Positions 8,889-19,335 of a DNA stretch of 55,644 nucleotides are shown here, piece by piece. The first letter of the stretch is position 1. The number at the start of each line of letters is the position of its first letter. A program made the translations under genes and the position numbers. Where the stretch lies: IMG/VR virus record IMGVR_UViG_3300008261_000025, positions 1 through 55,644 of that record; one strand, given 5' to 3'. Source of the DNA: a virus. Its lineage: Duplodnaviria; Caudoviricetes. The notes beneath the pieces were generated by a model. The model was not told the DNA's origin. It saw only the letters and a program-made list of their open reading frames with translations, and did no database searches.

Positions 8889-9651
8889 TATTTAAAGGTG
8901 TAAATATTTTATTTTCTTTAAGCCACTCAATATCTTGAGGATATTTAGATAAAACATACTCATCTTGAGAATACTCTAAAAATTCATCATCAATATTTAA
9001 TACTTGATCTTTTTTAAAATTAATTTTTAGGTCAGCAATCTGCTCTATTGATAATTTTTCTCTATCTATTAAGTCAAACTGCTGTTTTAAAAGATTATAA
9101 TTATACCTAGACACTTCTTGCACCTTTGATAATAATTGCTTGCCAAATGATTTTGGTAAATTCATTTTATAATTTCTGTTATGTAAATAATCAAAAATTA
9201 TAATATCCTTCGCAATATTAGTTTTTGGATTAATATTTTTTCTAAATTCTTGATAAATTCTATTATATTCATCGCCACATAAAACAATTTTTATCTCAAC
9301 TCCATTTTTTAAAATCATTTTTTGGCTTTCTTCGTATTCTTTTCTTAATTGATTTTTTTTCTCTTTTATAAAAGTTAATTCATCAATATAATTATCTTTT
9401 TCCTCAGCAAGAATACTATTTTTTATTTCTAAAGTTTTATTATTTATAAAAATACCATAATATACATCTTTTACTATTTTCCATTCTTGATTTTTGTTAT
9501 CAAAAAATGCTTTTTCAATAGATATATCAAATTCTGGAGGACATTTTTTAGTAGAATTTTCTAAGTAAAAATCTCCATCACCACTAAACTGATATGTTGT
9601 AGGGCAAAAATAATAATATCTTTCTAAATTATTTTCCATATTTTTATTCAT
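8881..9651 (-). CDS. Putative tail fibre assembly protein
   Basis: YYF.P.T.QF.G...NST..PP...AFF...W N-terminus typical of fibre chaperones; directly after the long fibre gene. Confidence 0.55.
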   Translation of the reverse strand: MNKNMENNLERYYYFCPTTYQFSGDGDFYLENSTKKCPPEFDISIEKAFFDNKNQEWKIVKDVYYGIFINNKTLEIKNSILAEEKDNYIDELTFIKEKKNQLRKEYEESQKMILKNGVEIKIVLCGDEYNRIYQEFRKNINPKTNIAKDIIIFDYLHNRNYKMNLPKSFGKQLLSKVQEVSRYNYNLLKQQFDLIDREKLSIEQIADLKINFKKDQVLNIDDEFLEYSQDEYVLSKYPQDIEWLKENKIFTPLNND

Positions 9652-12600
9652 TATAAAGTTCTAAACATTGCAAAAAGTGATAGTTATTTGCACCACCTGT
9701 TATCCCACCAACTATTAAATATTGACCTGATAAATCTCTTACCGTATTATCTTGATAATCCATAACAAAACCAACACCAAAATTACTGCCTTTAATTTCA
9801 ATTTTTATATTGGTTAAGTTTGTAGTATAATTCCATTCTAAATTAATTGTTATACTTTTAATCGAGTCATTGCCACCATAATCTAATGCGAAAAAATCTT
9901 GCGAATTTAATAATGATCCATTGTAATATAAATATATTTTTTTATCATACTCGCTAAAATAAATAGTATAAGAATTATTAGTTTTAGTATTTGTATCACC
10001 AGCTACAGGAGCGGCATTTGCAAAAAAAGAATAATATATACCATCAGCTCCATTTCCTCCGCCAGCAGAATGATTAATTTCCGCTCTAAATCTTTTATTT
10101 TGCGATGCAAATTGTGGTATATTCTTATACCAATAACCTTTTTGGTTGTTAATAGGCGATGTTAATGTGACATTTGTCTTTCTTCCTCCAGTAGAATTTG
10201 TATTCCAAAAAGCACTGCCAGCTAAAGTTCCGCCTCCATTTACACCAGATTTTATAAAATTTATTAAATCAACCCTTTGAGGAACACAATTAATCCAAGA
10301 TGATCCTATATATCTTTGATTAATACCAATTGTTGAATTAAATATAGTATCGCCAGAAACCCAGTCAGTAATAGCATCACGTTCTGCAGTTGTAAAAGAG
10401 GCTATTAATTTTGTTGTTTTTGACAAAACTCTTCTTTGAGAAGGGTCGCCATTTGGAATTGTTAAGCTTGTTGCTGTGGAATTACCAGCAAGTAACAACT
10501 GCCCAGTATCAACTCCAGTCAAAGAAGATGACACATTGCCACCACCTTGACTAGCTATAATGCTTACCCAAGTTTTATTGCTAGATTTAGTCCAGCCAAT
10601 AGAGCCAGTTCCATCTAAAACCGAAACTGCAGAAGGGGCATCGTTAAATCTATTAATAATACCAACAATAGCTCCAGATTTAACAAATATATCACCTTGC
10701 AAAATTCCAGTAATTCCCGTAGGTGAAGCAAAATTTGCAATATAAAGCCCATCGGTTCCAGTTGACAAAATGGCATTTAACGCTGTCTGTGAAGTTATTA
10801 TGGCATTAATAAATAAATTCTGTGTGTCAAATATATATCCAGTTGCAGATTGGCTGGCGACTGCTATTTGTGTGTTTTGCTTAATAACAGTCCAGCCACT
10901 ACCAATAGAAATTGGCACTGGTCCATTGCAATTTGCAAGAACCAATGTTCCGCTTCCGCTTGCTAAAGTGCCTAAATTAATTAATGTAGGAGCTGAAGAT
11001 GAATTAGCAATATATTTATAACCGCCAGCAGTAAAATTAATTGTTGCGCCACCAATATCACTATCCATATAAACCGTGCCAGTAGAGGCATCACTAATCG
11101 TTGCTCCAATTTTTCCACCGACAAATTGCATTGAAGTATTACCATCAACTAATTTTATTATTCCAGTAATTTTAGCTCCAGCATCAAGAACTGTTTTTAC
11201 TGAAGTTTTGTCTGAAGGAAAGCTATAACCATCTTGGCTGGCAATGTTATAAGTTTTACTACCCTGAAGTTTTACTTGACCGCTTGAATTAACATCAGTC
11301 CAGCCTTTCTCAGCTGTTAAAAATGGATAAAATGGGGTTAGTCCATCATTGGTATCAAGTCCATAAGTTCCTTCGACAAACCTTGTTGACTCTTGTTTTA
11401 GGTTATTAATTAAGCCACTTGATAAAGTTGGCTCTATTGACCAAGTGCCAGCAACAGTTGAATTGCTTGTTAATATTAACGATAGTGCTTTATTATTGCC
11501 ACTAATCGTTGCAATCGTTGTGCCTGATTTGTTATTAACATTAACACTATAATTATTATAATTAATAAAATTGTAAGGTGTGCCTACTAACATTCTAGTC
11601 GCATCTGGCAATGTTATCGACGAATTAGCCGCAACAGAACTTGTAAATATTAAATTTTGCGGTAAATCTTCCGTCAATATCAATGTTTGTGCTGAGTTAA
11701 ATATACTGCATTCTTTTATAATATTGCCATAGCCACCTTGCGAGTTAAACCTAAAAGTATCTTGCATTGTGCCTAAGTCCGTCGAGCTAACAGGATTAAT
11801 AGCAAAACCGTGAATTGCAAAAGAAGAATTTGAAAAATTAAAAGTAATGTTCGTTGTTGTAGTGGTGGCTAATTTATAAGCAGAAGACGATCTTTCGCTG
11901 GTGCCAGGATTTAATGAAAATAGTGTAGTTCCATTGTTTGTTGGGCTTACATTAACAACCCCGATAACAGCTAAAGCAATTTGCCCTGCGACTGTAGTAA
12001 TGCTAACAGATGCACTTGTTGTTTGGTTGCTATTAAAATTTTCTGTTGCATTTAATATCGGAGTCGCTTGATTAACATTAAAAAAGTTTGTCGCTCCAGC
12101 AGAAATTCCGCTTGAGTTTGTTTTGGTAATAACAATATTTGCCGTTCCTTCTGGAGGATTTACAAGGTAAAATGTTTGTATGTTATTATTTGTAGATGCA
12201 ACCGCTCCAGTTGAAATCTGTGTCATCGCCTGTCCGCCATAAGAAACTGCGGAAACGGGAGCAGAAGCTGGAGTGCTTATGCTTACAACCAAAAGTCTAT
12301 TTTGCTTGCCGCTAGGAACTGTATGTGCAAAGGTTGCATTTTGTATGTTGCTACTTGTATATGTAATTGTCGAGCCTATTTCTATATCACCATAAGGTCT
12401 TGCAGAAGTTCTTATTACAAAATCACCGCTACCACCAGAGCTATTGCTAGGTTGAAATATTAGGTCTCCACCCTTACCGCCAGTGGTGTTATTACCCATT
12501 CTCATCAAAACATTGCCTTGACTTCCTGAATCGGTTGTTGCTTGTGTAGAAATTACAGTATTATCACCAGCATCTTTTCTCACAGAACTACTAATTCCTA

Positions 12601-14533
12601 CAGCATTTTGATTTAGATCAGACCAAGTTTTGTTGCTTGATAAATATTTTCCTGAAGTATTGTTGTGTATTGGTAATAATGTTGCTATTTTATCAATAAT
12701 TACACTAAGTAAATCGTCTTTAGCAATATTACCTATATTAGTTTGTAAATCAGCGGTTAAAAGAATTTTTGTTGGTGAAATATTTGCATTAGATTTAATT
12801 AAACTATTATCAATACTACCCGATTTTATATCGGCATTAATACCATTGACATCAATACTAATAGTAATAGCATTAGCTGAAGGATTATTTATTCTCGCAT
12901 TTGCAGTAATTTTTTTAGTAATACTATCATAAGCAAAGTCAATGCTATTTGTATCTAATAGATTGCCCGCTACAGCATCGGTAGCTAAATTTACAAAACC
13001 TTCAGTATTTACCTTGCTTTCATTTAAAATTTTGCCTTGATTAGCAGACAGCGGTAAATTTATCGATGTGCTTGTTAAATTATTAACAACGTCGCCTTGT
13101 TTTAAAATGGTGCTATTTTTTGGCTCAAAACTACCAGAATTATAATCGCTGCTAGACAAGCTTCCATCATTATTAAAAACTGGAAAATTGCCATTAATTG
13201 CTCCGCTAACTTTTAGAATGTAATTTTCAATAGAATTAACAAGATTAACTTGACTGGTTGTTAGATGGTTATAATCATTAGTTCCGCCGCCCTGTATTCC
13301 TTTTAAATCATTGTGATTGGCAACTAACGGAGTATGTATGTGAGAAAAATATTGATTGCCCGAATGATAAAATGTTATTGCGGTGTCGGATGTTCTCGTT
13401 GTTAAAACAAATATCTTAACAACTAGTTCATCAGTTATTAAAACAGGGATGTTTTGTTGCGGAATTTCAATAGTTAGTAATTCTGGATTATTGGCATCTA
13501 CCGAGGATATTAATTGGCTTGTCGCTTCAAATAATAGTGTCTCCGTGTTAAGAGTAGATCTTTTATAAACTCTTACAATAATTCTACAAGAAGCAGCATG
13601 ATCAGCGTAAGCATATATATTAAACTGCCAAATACCCGCATCTAACTTTGAAACATTTAATTGGGTTGGCAAAACAAAAGAGCCAGCAAGAACGGTATTG
13701 TTATTAGCAATAGCAGAGATTGCAGTTTGTGCTGTGGTGCTGGGCGATTTTGATAATTGCTTGTAGGATGGTATAATTAAATCATCTGTGCCAGTAAAAT
13801 ATATCGTTTCACCACTACTTGCCCCAACGGGTAAATTATCTAATTTATAAGATATATTTTGTATGTTGCCCGTAAATTTATCGTTTAATATTTTTTGAGT
13901 ATCGCCGTTAGCAGGTGCAGTAATTTTAGGCTCAATAGTGATTTGTTGTATTTTGCTAGTTTCAATATTGGCATCAGATGCTATATTAGAATTATTAAAT
14001 AACCCATTACTAATAGCGGTATCAGTTTCGCTTTTAGAATATACATCAAGATTTGTTCTTGCGACAGCATCATCGGTTAAATCACTTAAATTATTAGTCG
14101 ATCTAAGGGCATCGGGAGCGATATTGCTACCAGTATTATTCCATTGACTATTATACCAAGCAAAAAAACTATTAGTTGCAACAACCAAAGCATAATCACC
14201 ATTGGAAGCATTAGGATAAGCAGTTTGCAATTGTGCTAAAGTTTGATAAACTCCTTTGTTTTTATCTTCAGCAGAAACGACAGCCCAACGATTATTATTG
14301 GAAAAGAAATAGATAATATCGCCTCTTGAAGCTGAACTTATATCATCAATAGGAGAGCCATTGTAATCTTCTAATAAAATAAAACTTCCAGGCGAAGTGT
14401 ATATTCCTGCTTGTATTTTTGTTGGTTCAGTAATCGGATTCCAAGACTCTAAACCACCACCGCCAACTCCAAGTAAGGCATTTTTTAGATCTCGAAATGT
14501 AACGAAACCTTTATTAAAATATTGCTTTGTCAT
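9644..14533 (-). CDS. Large tail fibre/receptor-binding protein with a C-terminal L-type lectin-like domain
   Basis: 1629 aa, G/S/T/N-rich; fibre motifs NNLSDL...ARTNL and VNNLTST..PLSANQGK; C-terminal GADG and TGGANNYH motifs. Confidence 0.75.
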   Translation of the reverse strand: MTKQYFNKGFVTFRDLKNALLGVGGGGLESWNPITEPTKIQAGIYTSPGSFILLEDYNGSPIDDISSASRGDIIYFFSNNNRWAVVSAEDKNKGVYQTLAQLQTAYPNASNGDYALVVATNSFFAWYNSQWNNTGSNIAPDALRSTNNLSDLTDDAVARTNLDVYSKSETDTAISNGLFNNSNIASDANIETSKIQQITIEPKITAPANGDTQKILNDKFTGNIQNISYKLDNLPVGASSGETIYFTGTDDLIIPSYKQLSKSPSTTAQTAISAIANNNTVLAGSFVLPTQLNVSKLDAGIWQFNIYAYADHAASCRIIVRVYKRSTLNTETLLFEATSQLISSVDANNPELLTIEIPQQNIPVLITDELVVKIFVLTTRTSDTAITFYHSGNQYFSHIHTPLVANHNDLKGIQGGGTNDYNHLTTSQVNLVNSIENYILKVSGAINGNFPVFNNDGSLSSSDYNSGSFEPKNSTILKQGDVVNNLTSTSINLPLSANQGKILNESKVNTEGFVNLATDAVAGNLLDTNSIDFAYDSITKKITANARINNPSANAITISIDVNGINADIKSGSIDNSLIKSNANISPTKILLTADLQTNIGNIAKDDLLSVIIDKIATLLPIHNNTSGKYLSSNKTWSDLNQNAVGISSSVRKDAGDNTVISTQATTDSGSQGNVLMRMGNNTTGGKGGDLIFQPSNSSGGSGDFVIRTSARPYGDIEIGSTITYTSSNIQNATFAHTVPSGKQNRLLVVSISTPASAPVSAVSYGGQAMTQISTGAVASTNNNIQTFYLVNPPEGTANIVITKTNSSGISAGATNFFNVNQATPILNATENFNSNQTTSASVSITTVAGQIALAVIGVVNVSPTNNGTTLFSLNPGTSERSSSAYKLATTTTTNITFNFSNSSFAIHGFAINPVSSTDLGTMQDTFRFNSQGGYGNIIKECSIFNSAQTLILTEDLPQNLIFTSSVAANSSITLPDATRMLVGTPYNFINYNNYSVNVNNKSGTTIATISGNNKALSLILTSNSTVAGTWSIEPTLSSGLINNLKQESTRFVEGTYGLDTNDGLTPFYPFLTAEKGWTDVNSSGQVKLQGSKTYNIASQDGYSFPSDKTSVKTVLDAGAKITGIIKLVDGNTSMQFVGGKIGATISDASTGTVYMDSDIGGATINFTAGGYKYIANSSSAPTLINLGTLASGSGTLVLANCNGPVPISIGSGWTVIKQNTQIAVASQSATGYIFDTQNLFINAIITSQTALNAILSTGTDGLYIANFASPTGITGILQGDIFVKSGAIVGIINRFNDAPSAVSVLDGTGSIGWTKSSNKTWVSIIASQGGGNVSSSLTGVDTGQLLLAGNSTATSLTIPNGDPSQRRVLSKTTKLIASFTTAERDAITDWVSGDTIFNSTIGINQRYIGSSWINCVPQRVDLINFIKSGVNGGGTLAGSAFWNTNSTGGRKTNVTLTSPINNQKGYWYKNIPQFASQNKRFRAEINHSAGGGNGADGIYYSFFANAAPVAGDTNTKTNNSYTIYFSEYDKKIYLYYNGSLLNSQDFFALDYGGNDSIKSITINLEWNYTTNLTNIKIEIKGSNFGVGFVMDYQDNTVRDLSGQYLIVGGITGGANNYHFLQCLELYNE

Positions 14534-14537
14534 CTTT

Positions 14538-15209
14538 TTAGAGTTTATTGATTATAATTCCAATATTTGTAATTTTTGTGTAATCATTTGTCGGGATTGG
14601 CGACAAAGCACTATCCACAATATAAATCTCAACACTTTCACAATTAGAAAATGTTAAGTCTTGTTCGTTTATATCTTTTACACCGCTAAGAGATCCGTCG
14701 CTATAACTATCGACAGAACCATTATAAACTTTTGCACTGCCAATGCCAATTTCTTTAAAAGCTAAGCGGTAGCCAGTATCCCACTGCCTTAAAAGAGAAT
14801 AATCAGTTTTGTTAATCAATTCAAAATTATAACTACCTTCTTTTAGAGTGATCTTGTCATTATTAATTTGCACTAACGGAGTTCCGCCGACAATAGCTTC
14901 GTTAGTAAAGCTACTAGAATTTACTTCTAATTCGCAAGTGAGGGTAGAGGCATCTTTTACAGTAAATAATCTTTGTTGATTAAAAATATTGGTAATCGGT
15001 TGTGGATTGCCATCATTTTTGATATAATCAAAATTAAAAATATTTAACCCGCTAATATTAATATTAACAGTCCCGCCAATTAGTAAATTATGCCCTGTTT
15101 TTTCGATTTTTATCGTTAGCAAATATTGATTGTGACCATTTTGCTGTATTTGTGTAAATGCCTTCACGACACAGCCAGTCAAAATTCTTTTTGTTAAAGT
15201 AGTTTCCAT
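14538..15209 (-). CDS. Tail-associated structural protein
   Basis: Beta-rich; contains a GHNL.IG..V.ISG module also seen in 17485-18831 and 26137-27180. Confidence 0.55.
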   Translation of the reverse strand: METTLTKRILTGCVVKAFTQIQQNGHNQYLLTIKIEKTGHNLLIGGTVNINISGLNIFNFDYIKNDGNPQPITNIFNQQRLFTVKDASTLTCELEVNSSSFTNEAIVGGTPLVQINNDKITLKEGSYNFELINKTDYSLLRQWDTGYRLAFKEIGIGSAKVYNGSVDSYSDGSLSGVKDINEQDLTFSNCESVEIYIVDSALSPIPTNDYTKITNIGIIINKL

Positions 15210-15221
15210 TTTCGCTCCTTG

Positions 15222-15761
15222 TTAATTATCCATATTAATTTGTCTATCAACCGCATTTTGCAATTCTTCTTCTATTTTAATTGCATTGATTTCTGCTGGT
15301 GTTGTTGAGTTATTAATTCTTTTAAGCAAATTTTCTTTTTTACCCCTAATTTGCAAATTTCTTTTTAACTGAATTTCCTTATTAGCAAAATCACTTTTTT
15401 CAGTTGTCAAGAAAAAATTGACAACTTGCCCTTTGTCATCAAAAAATATAACATTATCATCTTTTGCAGCAGGCAAAGTTTTGGCAAAAAAATCAGCATC
15501 TTGAGTTAAGCTAGCATACATTTCTTTTAAAACACCAGGATTTGCATTATTAGAATAAAGTGTATATAACCAAGTTTTTTTGCTAGCATAAGCAGTTTCA
15601 AGTTCTTTTATCTTATTGTCTTTTGCTTGTTGCAATAGATAAGCATCAATTTCTTCTTGATTTAGTTTTATCCAATTAATAAAGCCAGCTCCAATTTGAT
15701 ATTCATTATCAAAAACTACTACTTCAGTTTTTTCTGGATTTTGTAAGTAAATTTCTGTCAT
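15222..15761 (-). CDS. Putative fibre-associated chaperone (DUF4376-like)
   Basis: AKDNKIKEL...I.NSTT..EINAI pattern; follows the proximal fibre gene. Confidence 0.5.
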   Translation of the reverse strand: MTEIYLQNPEKTEVVVFDNEYQIGAGFINWIKLNQEEIDAYLLQQAKDNKIKELETAYASKKTWLYTLYSNNANPGVLKEMYASLTQDADFFAKTLPAAKDDNVIFFDDKGQVVNFFLTTEKSDFANKEIQLKRNLQIRGKKENLLKRINNSTTPAEINAIKIEEELQNAVDRQINMDN

Positions 15762-15765
15762 ATTT

Positions 15766-16896
15766 TTATAAGTTTAGATTTATATAGCCGTGAGTTTCAA
15801 CATAATAACTTCCAGCCCCACTTTCTGATGCAATTCTTAATTGACTTGATAAATTTGTAATAAAATTATTTAACGAAACAGATACATAAACATCTTGCCC
15901 AACTAAAGTAGGTTTCATATTAAACACACCAGCAGCAGAAGGAGTTTGTATTCCAGATTGAACTAAAATTCCAAATTCTCCACTATTAGACTGAGCCATA
16001 ATATTTCCAAGCGGAACTGTATTTAATCCTTTTGGGGTAGAAACTGCAAAAAGATTTCCTGTTCCAGTTGGCAAAGATATATTCACTGCATCCCAAATTG
16101 GCGATAGATAATTAAAATAATTATTTATTTGCTTGAAAGGAATTATATTCCCACTCATATTTGTAAGAACTGAACCAATATATTTGTATTTTATATAGCC
16201 AGTTGGTAAATTATTAACAGAAGGGGTTTGATTATCAATACCCAATACAGCACAAAAATCATAAGTTCCATCTGCTTTTTGTATCCTAAAGATATGATAA
16301 GTCGAGTATGCCTGCCTAGAGCCAGTAATTAAAAGATTTCCTTGATCACCAGCAGTCCATTCGCCACTAGATTGTAAAGTTTTAGTTAGTGTTATATTGG
16401 TAATAATATCAATATGCGTGTTAATGTTTGTTGAATTATTAGCAATAGTTATTATTTGGTTTTCATCATTTTTATTTATAACAAAACTAACACCATTATA
16501 CATGAGTTCAGTATAGCCAAAAATATCGCCAACAACAACATTAGTTCCATCTGTCCTTATAATATTTTTACCGCCAAGTCCAGCAACATTGATTACTGGT
16601 GTAGTCGTAGTGTTAGCATTCGTGGTGATAAATCTTACAATCATCCCCTCAAAATATTTCGTTGGGGCTTTAAAGTTATCTATTGGCGACAAAGTGTAAT
16701 TGTTGGCAGTTCCGTTATCGTTATAATAATTACCAACAGCAGAATAATTAGCAACCGCCTTTGAGATTTGGTTTAGATCGTTGACATCTGCAGTTAAGCC
16801 AGCACTTGATATAAGATTGTTAATATCTTGAAGCTGATTCCACTCACTGGGAGCGAGACTACTACCTTCTACTTTATTCGTTGTAAAACTAGACAT
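15766..16896 (-). CDS. Tail fibre protein (baseplate-proximal); start moved to MSSFTT
   Basis: N-terminal anchor AGLT.D..DLNQI.KAV and GTAN.Y.L...Y.EGM..RF...ANT domain; follows gp48-like gene. Confidence 0.75.
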   Translation of the reverse strand: MSSFTTNKVEGSSLAPSEWNQLQDINNLISSAGLTADVNDLNQISKAVANYSAVGNYYNDNGTANNYTLSPIDNFKAPTKYFEGMIVRFITTNANTTTTPVINVAGLGGKNIIRTDGTNVVVGDIFGYTELMYNGVSFVINKNDENQIITIANNSTNINTHIDIITNITLTKTLQSSGEWTAGDQGNLLITGSRQAYSTYHIFRIQKADGTYDFCAVLGIDNQTPSVNNLPTGYIKYKYIGSVLTNMSGNIIPFKQINNYFNYLSPIWDAVNISLPTGTGNLFAVSTPKGLNTVPLGNIMAQSNSGEFGILVQSGIQTPSAAGVFNMKPTLVGQDVYVSVSLNNFITNLSSQLRIASESGAGSYYVETHGYINLNL

Positions 16897-17488
16897 AATT
16901 AAAAAATACTTTGCAATGAGCGGGTTTAATTTTATCAAAAAGTTGTTTTAGCACACCTAACAAATCGATTGAAAAATTAAATGTAAAAACAAACGGAAAG
17001 CCTTCAGTTTTGTATTTTTTATCGACTTCAACAACAATTGCAAATGGTCTTGTTGCTTCACTTAATAAAAGAATAGGGAACTTATAAGTAAATGAAGAGG
17101 CGGTAAAACCATCGACAACATTAATATTAAAACCAAGAATTTGAGCAATCCTTTCGAATTGCACATCTGTTGTTGCCCTAGAGCCTGCTATTTTTAGTAA
17201 AATGTTTTTCCGCCTCGTTTCAATATCTGCGGCTATATCAAAAATTTCATCGGGAATGCCTACAGCTTTTTCCCACTCTTCTATTAATAATAAGCTATTA
17301 TTAATATTATAATTGTCAATAATCTGTTTTGCAGAATTTCTAATTTCTAGCCAGCCAACAGATAAACCAAGCAGAATTTTAAAAAAATTGCTTTCAGGGT
17401 TGTTTTTAGCTTCGTGTAATTTATCGTTCCGTAGATAATTACCTATTATTCTTGCTTGCTCTTGCTGTGTTCTTTGCTCGATTATCAA
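16889..17488 (-). CDS. Baseplate protein, Mu gp48/YmfQ (DUF2313)-like
   Basis: LIEEWE..VGIPD, RR..I..K, IA..LGF, IKPAH motifs. Confidence 0.85.
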   Translation of the reverse strand: MIIEQRTQQEQARIIGNYLRNDKLHEAKNNPESNFFKILLGLSVGWLEIRNSAKQIIDNYNINNSLLLIEEWEKAVGIPDEIFDIAADIETRRKNILLKIAGSRATTDVQFERIAQILGFNINVVDGFTASSFTYKFPILLLSEATRPFAIVVEVDKKYKTEGFPFVFTFNFSIDLLGVLKQLFDKIKPAHCKVFFNYV

Positions 17489-18831
17489 AATGTAATATCT
17501 CCTAAAGTTGGCAATTGATTGCTAGTTATATCAATATCACCTGTTGGCGATGTTAAAGTAAAAGCACTAGGGCTTTTACCTTGACTGTCTATTGCAGAGT
17601 AAATAACATTATTATAAGTAGCCTCACTAATATCTTTGCCAAGACTTACTTCTATACTGCGGAAATAATCGGTTAATCTGCTTTTAATAGCCTCTTTCAT
17701 CTGTGGAGTGTCAGGAGTTAAACTGCCAAAGTTAAAATTGACTGTGCAAGGAGTGGGCGACAATACTATAACCGCATTGTCATTCATATTCGCAGGCTTT
17801 ATGCCGCCATTTGCAGTGTCGATAATTTTTGTTTTTGCCTCGTTTAATTGTATTGAGTTCGGTAAAATATTAATCTCGCCGTCATTGACGAAATATATTG
17901 TTGTTTGCCCCGCATTAGGAGTGGCATCAAATACCCATACCCTAGTTATTGCGGATATTTGATTGATTAAAAATATTTCTATACCCTTATTGGTAAAAGG
18001 AGCAAGATTATTCGACCAAGCTTCAAGAACTCTAACTCTAAAATTATCTTCGGTTTCATCATCTATACCGCCAAAAACCCCTTCAAAACTTGTAAATGCA
18101 ATATCGTTAACATTTTCAATCGGCGAGGTTAATTGCAATTGAGTTCCGCTCGTTATATTACCTAAAGTGCCAGCAGTGTCGCAAACAACCTGAACCTTAG
18201 AAAATGTTGCGGTTGCCGTAATTGAGCCAGTAGCGGGAGTGATAGGAGCATTATCTACTTGATAAGTAAATTTATTGCTTTCTGTTGCGGTAATTGTTGC
18301 AGTTTTGTTATAATCTACTTGACTTGCTCCAGCGATAACAACTTGCATTCCTGTCGCTAGATTATGATCGCTAGCAGTGGTTGCTGTTGCGGTTGTGCCT
18401 ACCCTTTCTAATGCGGTAATATTAATTAATTGTGTTGCTAATGTTGTATTTGCTATTGTTTTATATTGAGTGCCGTCCACTTTTTGTAAAGTTGTGTTGG
18501 CAACAACTTCAGTATTGGCAGAGCCAATTATATTGATATAACCAGTCGCTTTTTGACTAGTTTTTATTACAAGACCAAGCATATTACCCCAGAACTTTAA
18601 ATAGTCACCAGTGGCAGTTTGCGGGAATAGTTGACGTAAAACTTCTTTTATAATACTGTTATTGTCATCAATCCCAGCGGATAAGGAAGAGACTAACCCA
18701 GAAATTAAACTATTTCTTATGTTAGGATCGATTTGCTTTTTAATATCAGTTTGCCCGTTATTGACTGCGGAAACCAAAGAGCTAAAAAGCAATTGTTGTA
18801 TTTCTTGTAAATTTTTTGTCTGTATTGGCAT
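17485..18831 (-). CDS. Baseplate J / Mu gp47-like with an inserted beta domain
   Basis: LFPQTATG.YL, G..GN, GG.DDET...FR.R motifs; extra HNL.TG..V.I.GA...YN module. Confidence 0.9.
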   Translation of the reverse strand: MPIQTKNLQEIQQLLFSSLVSAVNNGQTDIKKQIDPNIRNSLISGLVSSLSAGIDDNNSIIKEVLRQLFPQTATGDYLKFWGNMLGLVIKTSQKATGYINIIGSANTEVVANTTLQKVDGTQYKTIANTTLATQLINITALERVGTTATATTASDHNLATGMQVVIAGASQVDYNKTATITATESNKFTYQVDNAPITPATGSITATATFSKVQVVCDTAGTLGNITSGTQLQLTSPIENVNDIAFTSFEGVFGGIDDETEDNFRVRVLEAWSNNLAPFTNKGIEIFLINQISAITRVWVFDATPNAGQTTIYFVNDGEINILPNSIQLNEAKTKIIDTANGGIKPANMNDNAVIVLSPTPCTVNFNFGSLTPDTPQMKEAIKSRLTDYFRSIEVSLGKDISEATYNNVIYSAIDSQGKSPSAFTLTSPTGDIDITSNQLPTLGDITF

Positions 18832-19277
18832 TATATAGTAATACTTCCCTTTTGATTAAAAATATTAGTATAATTGATATTAATTACATATTTATTATTA
18901 GCAATATCAATATTACATTCAATTTGACTTAGATAACCATCATCAACTAACCATTGCAAACCTTCATTTATTGTATCTTGTAAATCATCTCTTGAGTTTT
19001 CAGCAATTTTTTCTTGTTCTGTAAAAAGCCAATAAAAAGAACCGACTTCATAATCATCAACTTGATTAAATTGATTAGAATAATGCCCTCTACGATTTTC
19101 GATATTTTCTACAAGAAAATCATCGGCTCTTTTTTCGCAAAAAATTGACATAAGAATTGCTGTTCTCAAAGATGGCTTTACATTATTCTCTTTATCCGTT
19201 TCGTAGCAATGTTTTATATCGCCATTTTCAAAAGAAATATCAAAAGCACCATTGTTATAAATCTCAACATCAATCAT
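18831..19277 (-). CDS. Baseplate protein, Mu gp46-like
   Basis: LRTAILMSIFCEKRA, RRG, GS..WL, E.LQWLVDDG. Confidence 0.85.
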   Translation of the reverse strand: MIDVEIYNNGAFDISFENGDIKHCYETDKENNVKPSLRTAILMSIFCEKRADDFLVENIENRRGHYSNQFNQVDDYEVGSFYWLFTEQEKIAENSRDDLQDTINEGLQWLVDDGYLSQIECNIDIANNKYVININYTNIFNQKGSITI

Positions 19278-19279
19278 TG

Positions 19280-19307
19280 TTGACTTATTTTTAAAAGTTA
19301 TTAATAT
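19280..19307 (+). promoter_or_regulatory. Candidate promoter for the inverted spike gene
   Basis: TTGACT-16 nt-TAATAT in the 58-nt divergent gap. Confidence 0.4.
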
Positions 19308-19335
19308 TATTATTTTTAATAATAATCAAGATAAA

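Noticed and set aside
10560-14657. Plus-strand ORFs opposite the fibre gene, and similar shadow ORFs elsewhere in the track
   Set aside because: Antisense to well-supported genes, with no leaders or motifs
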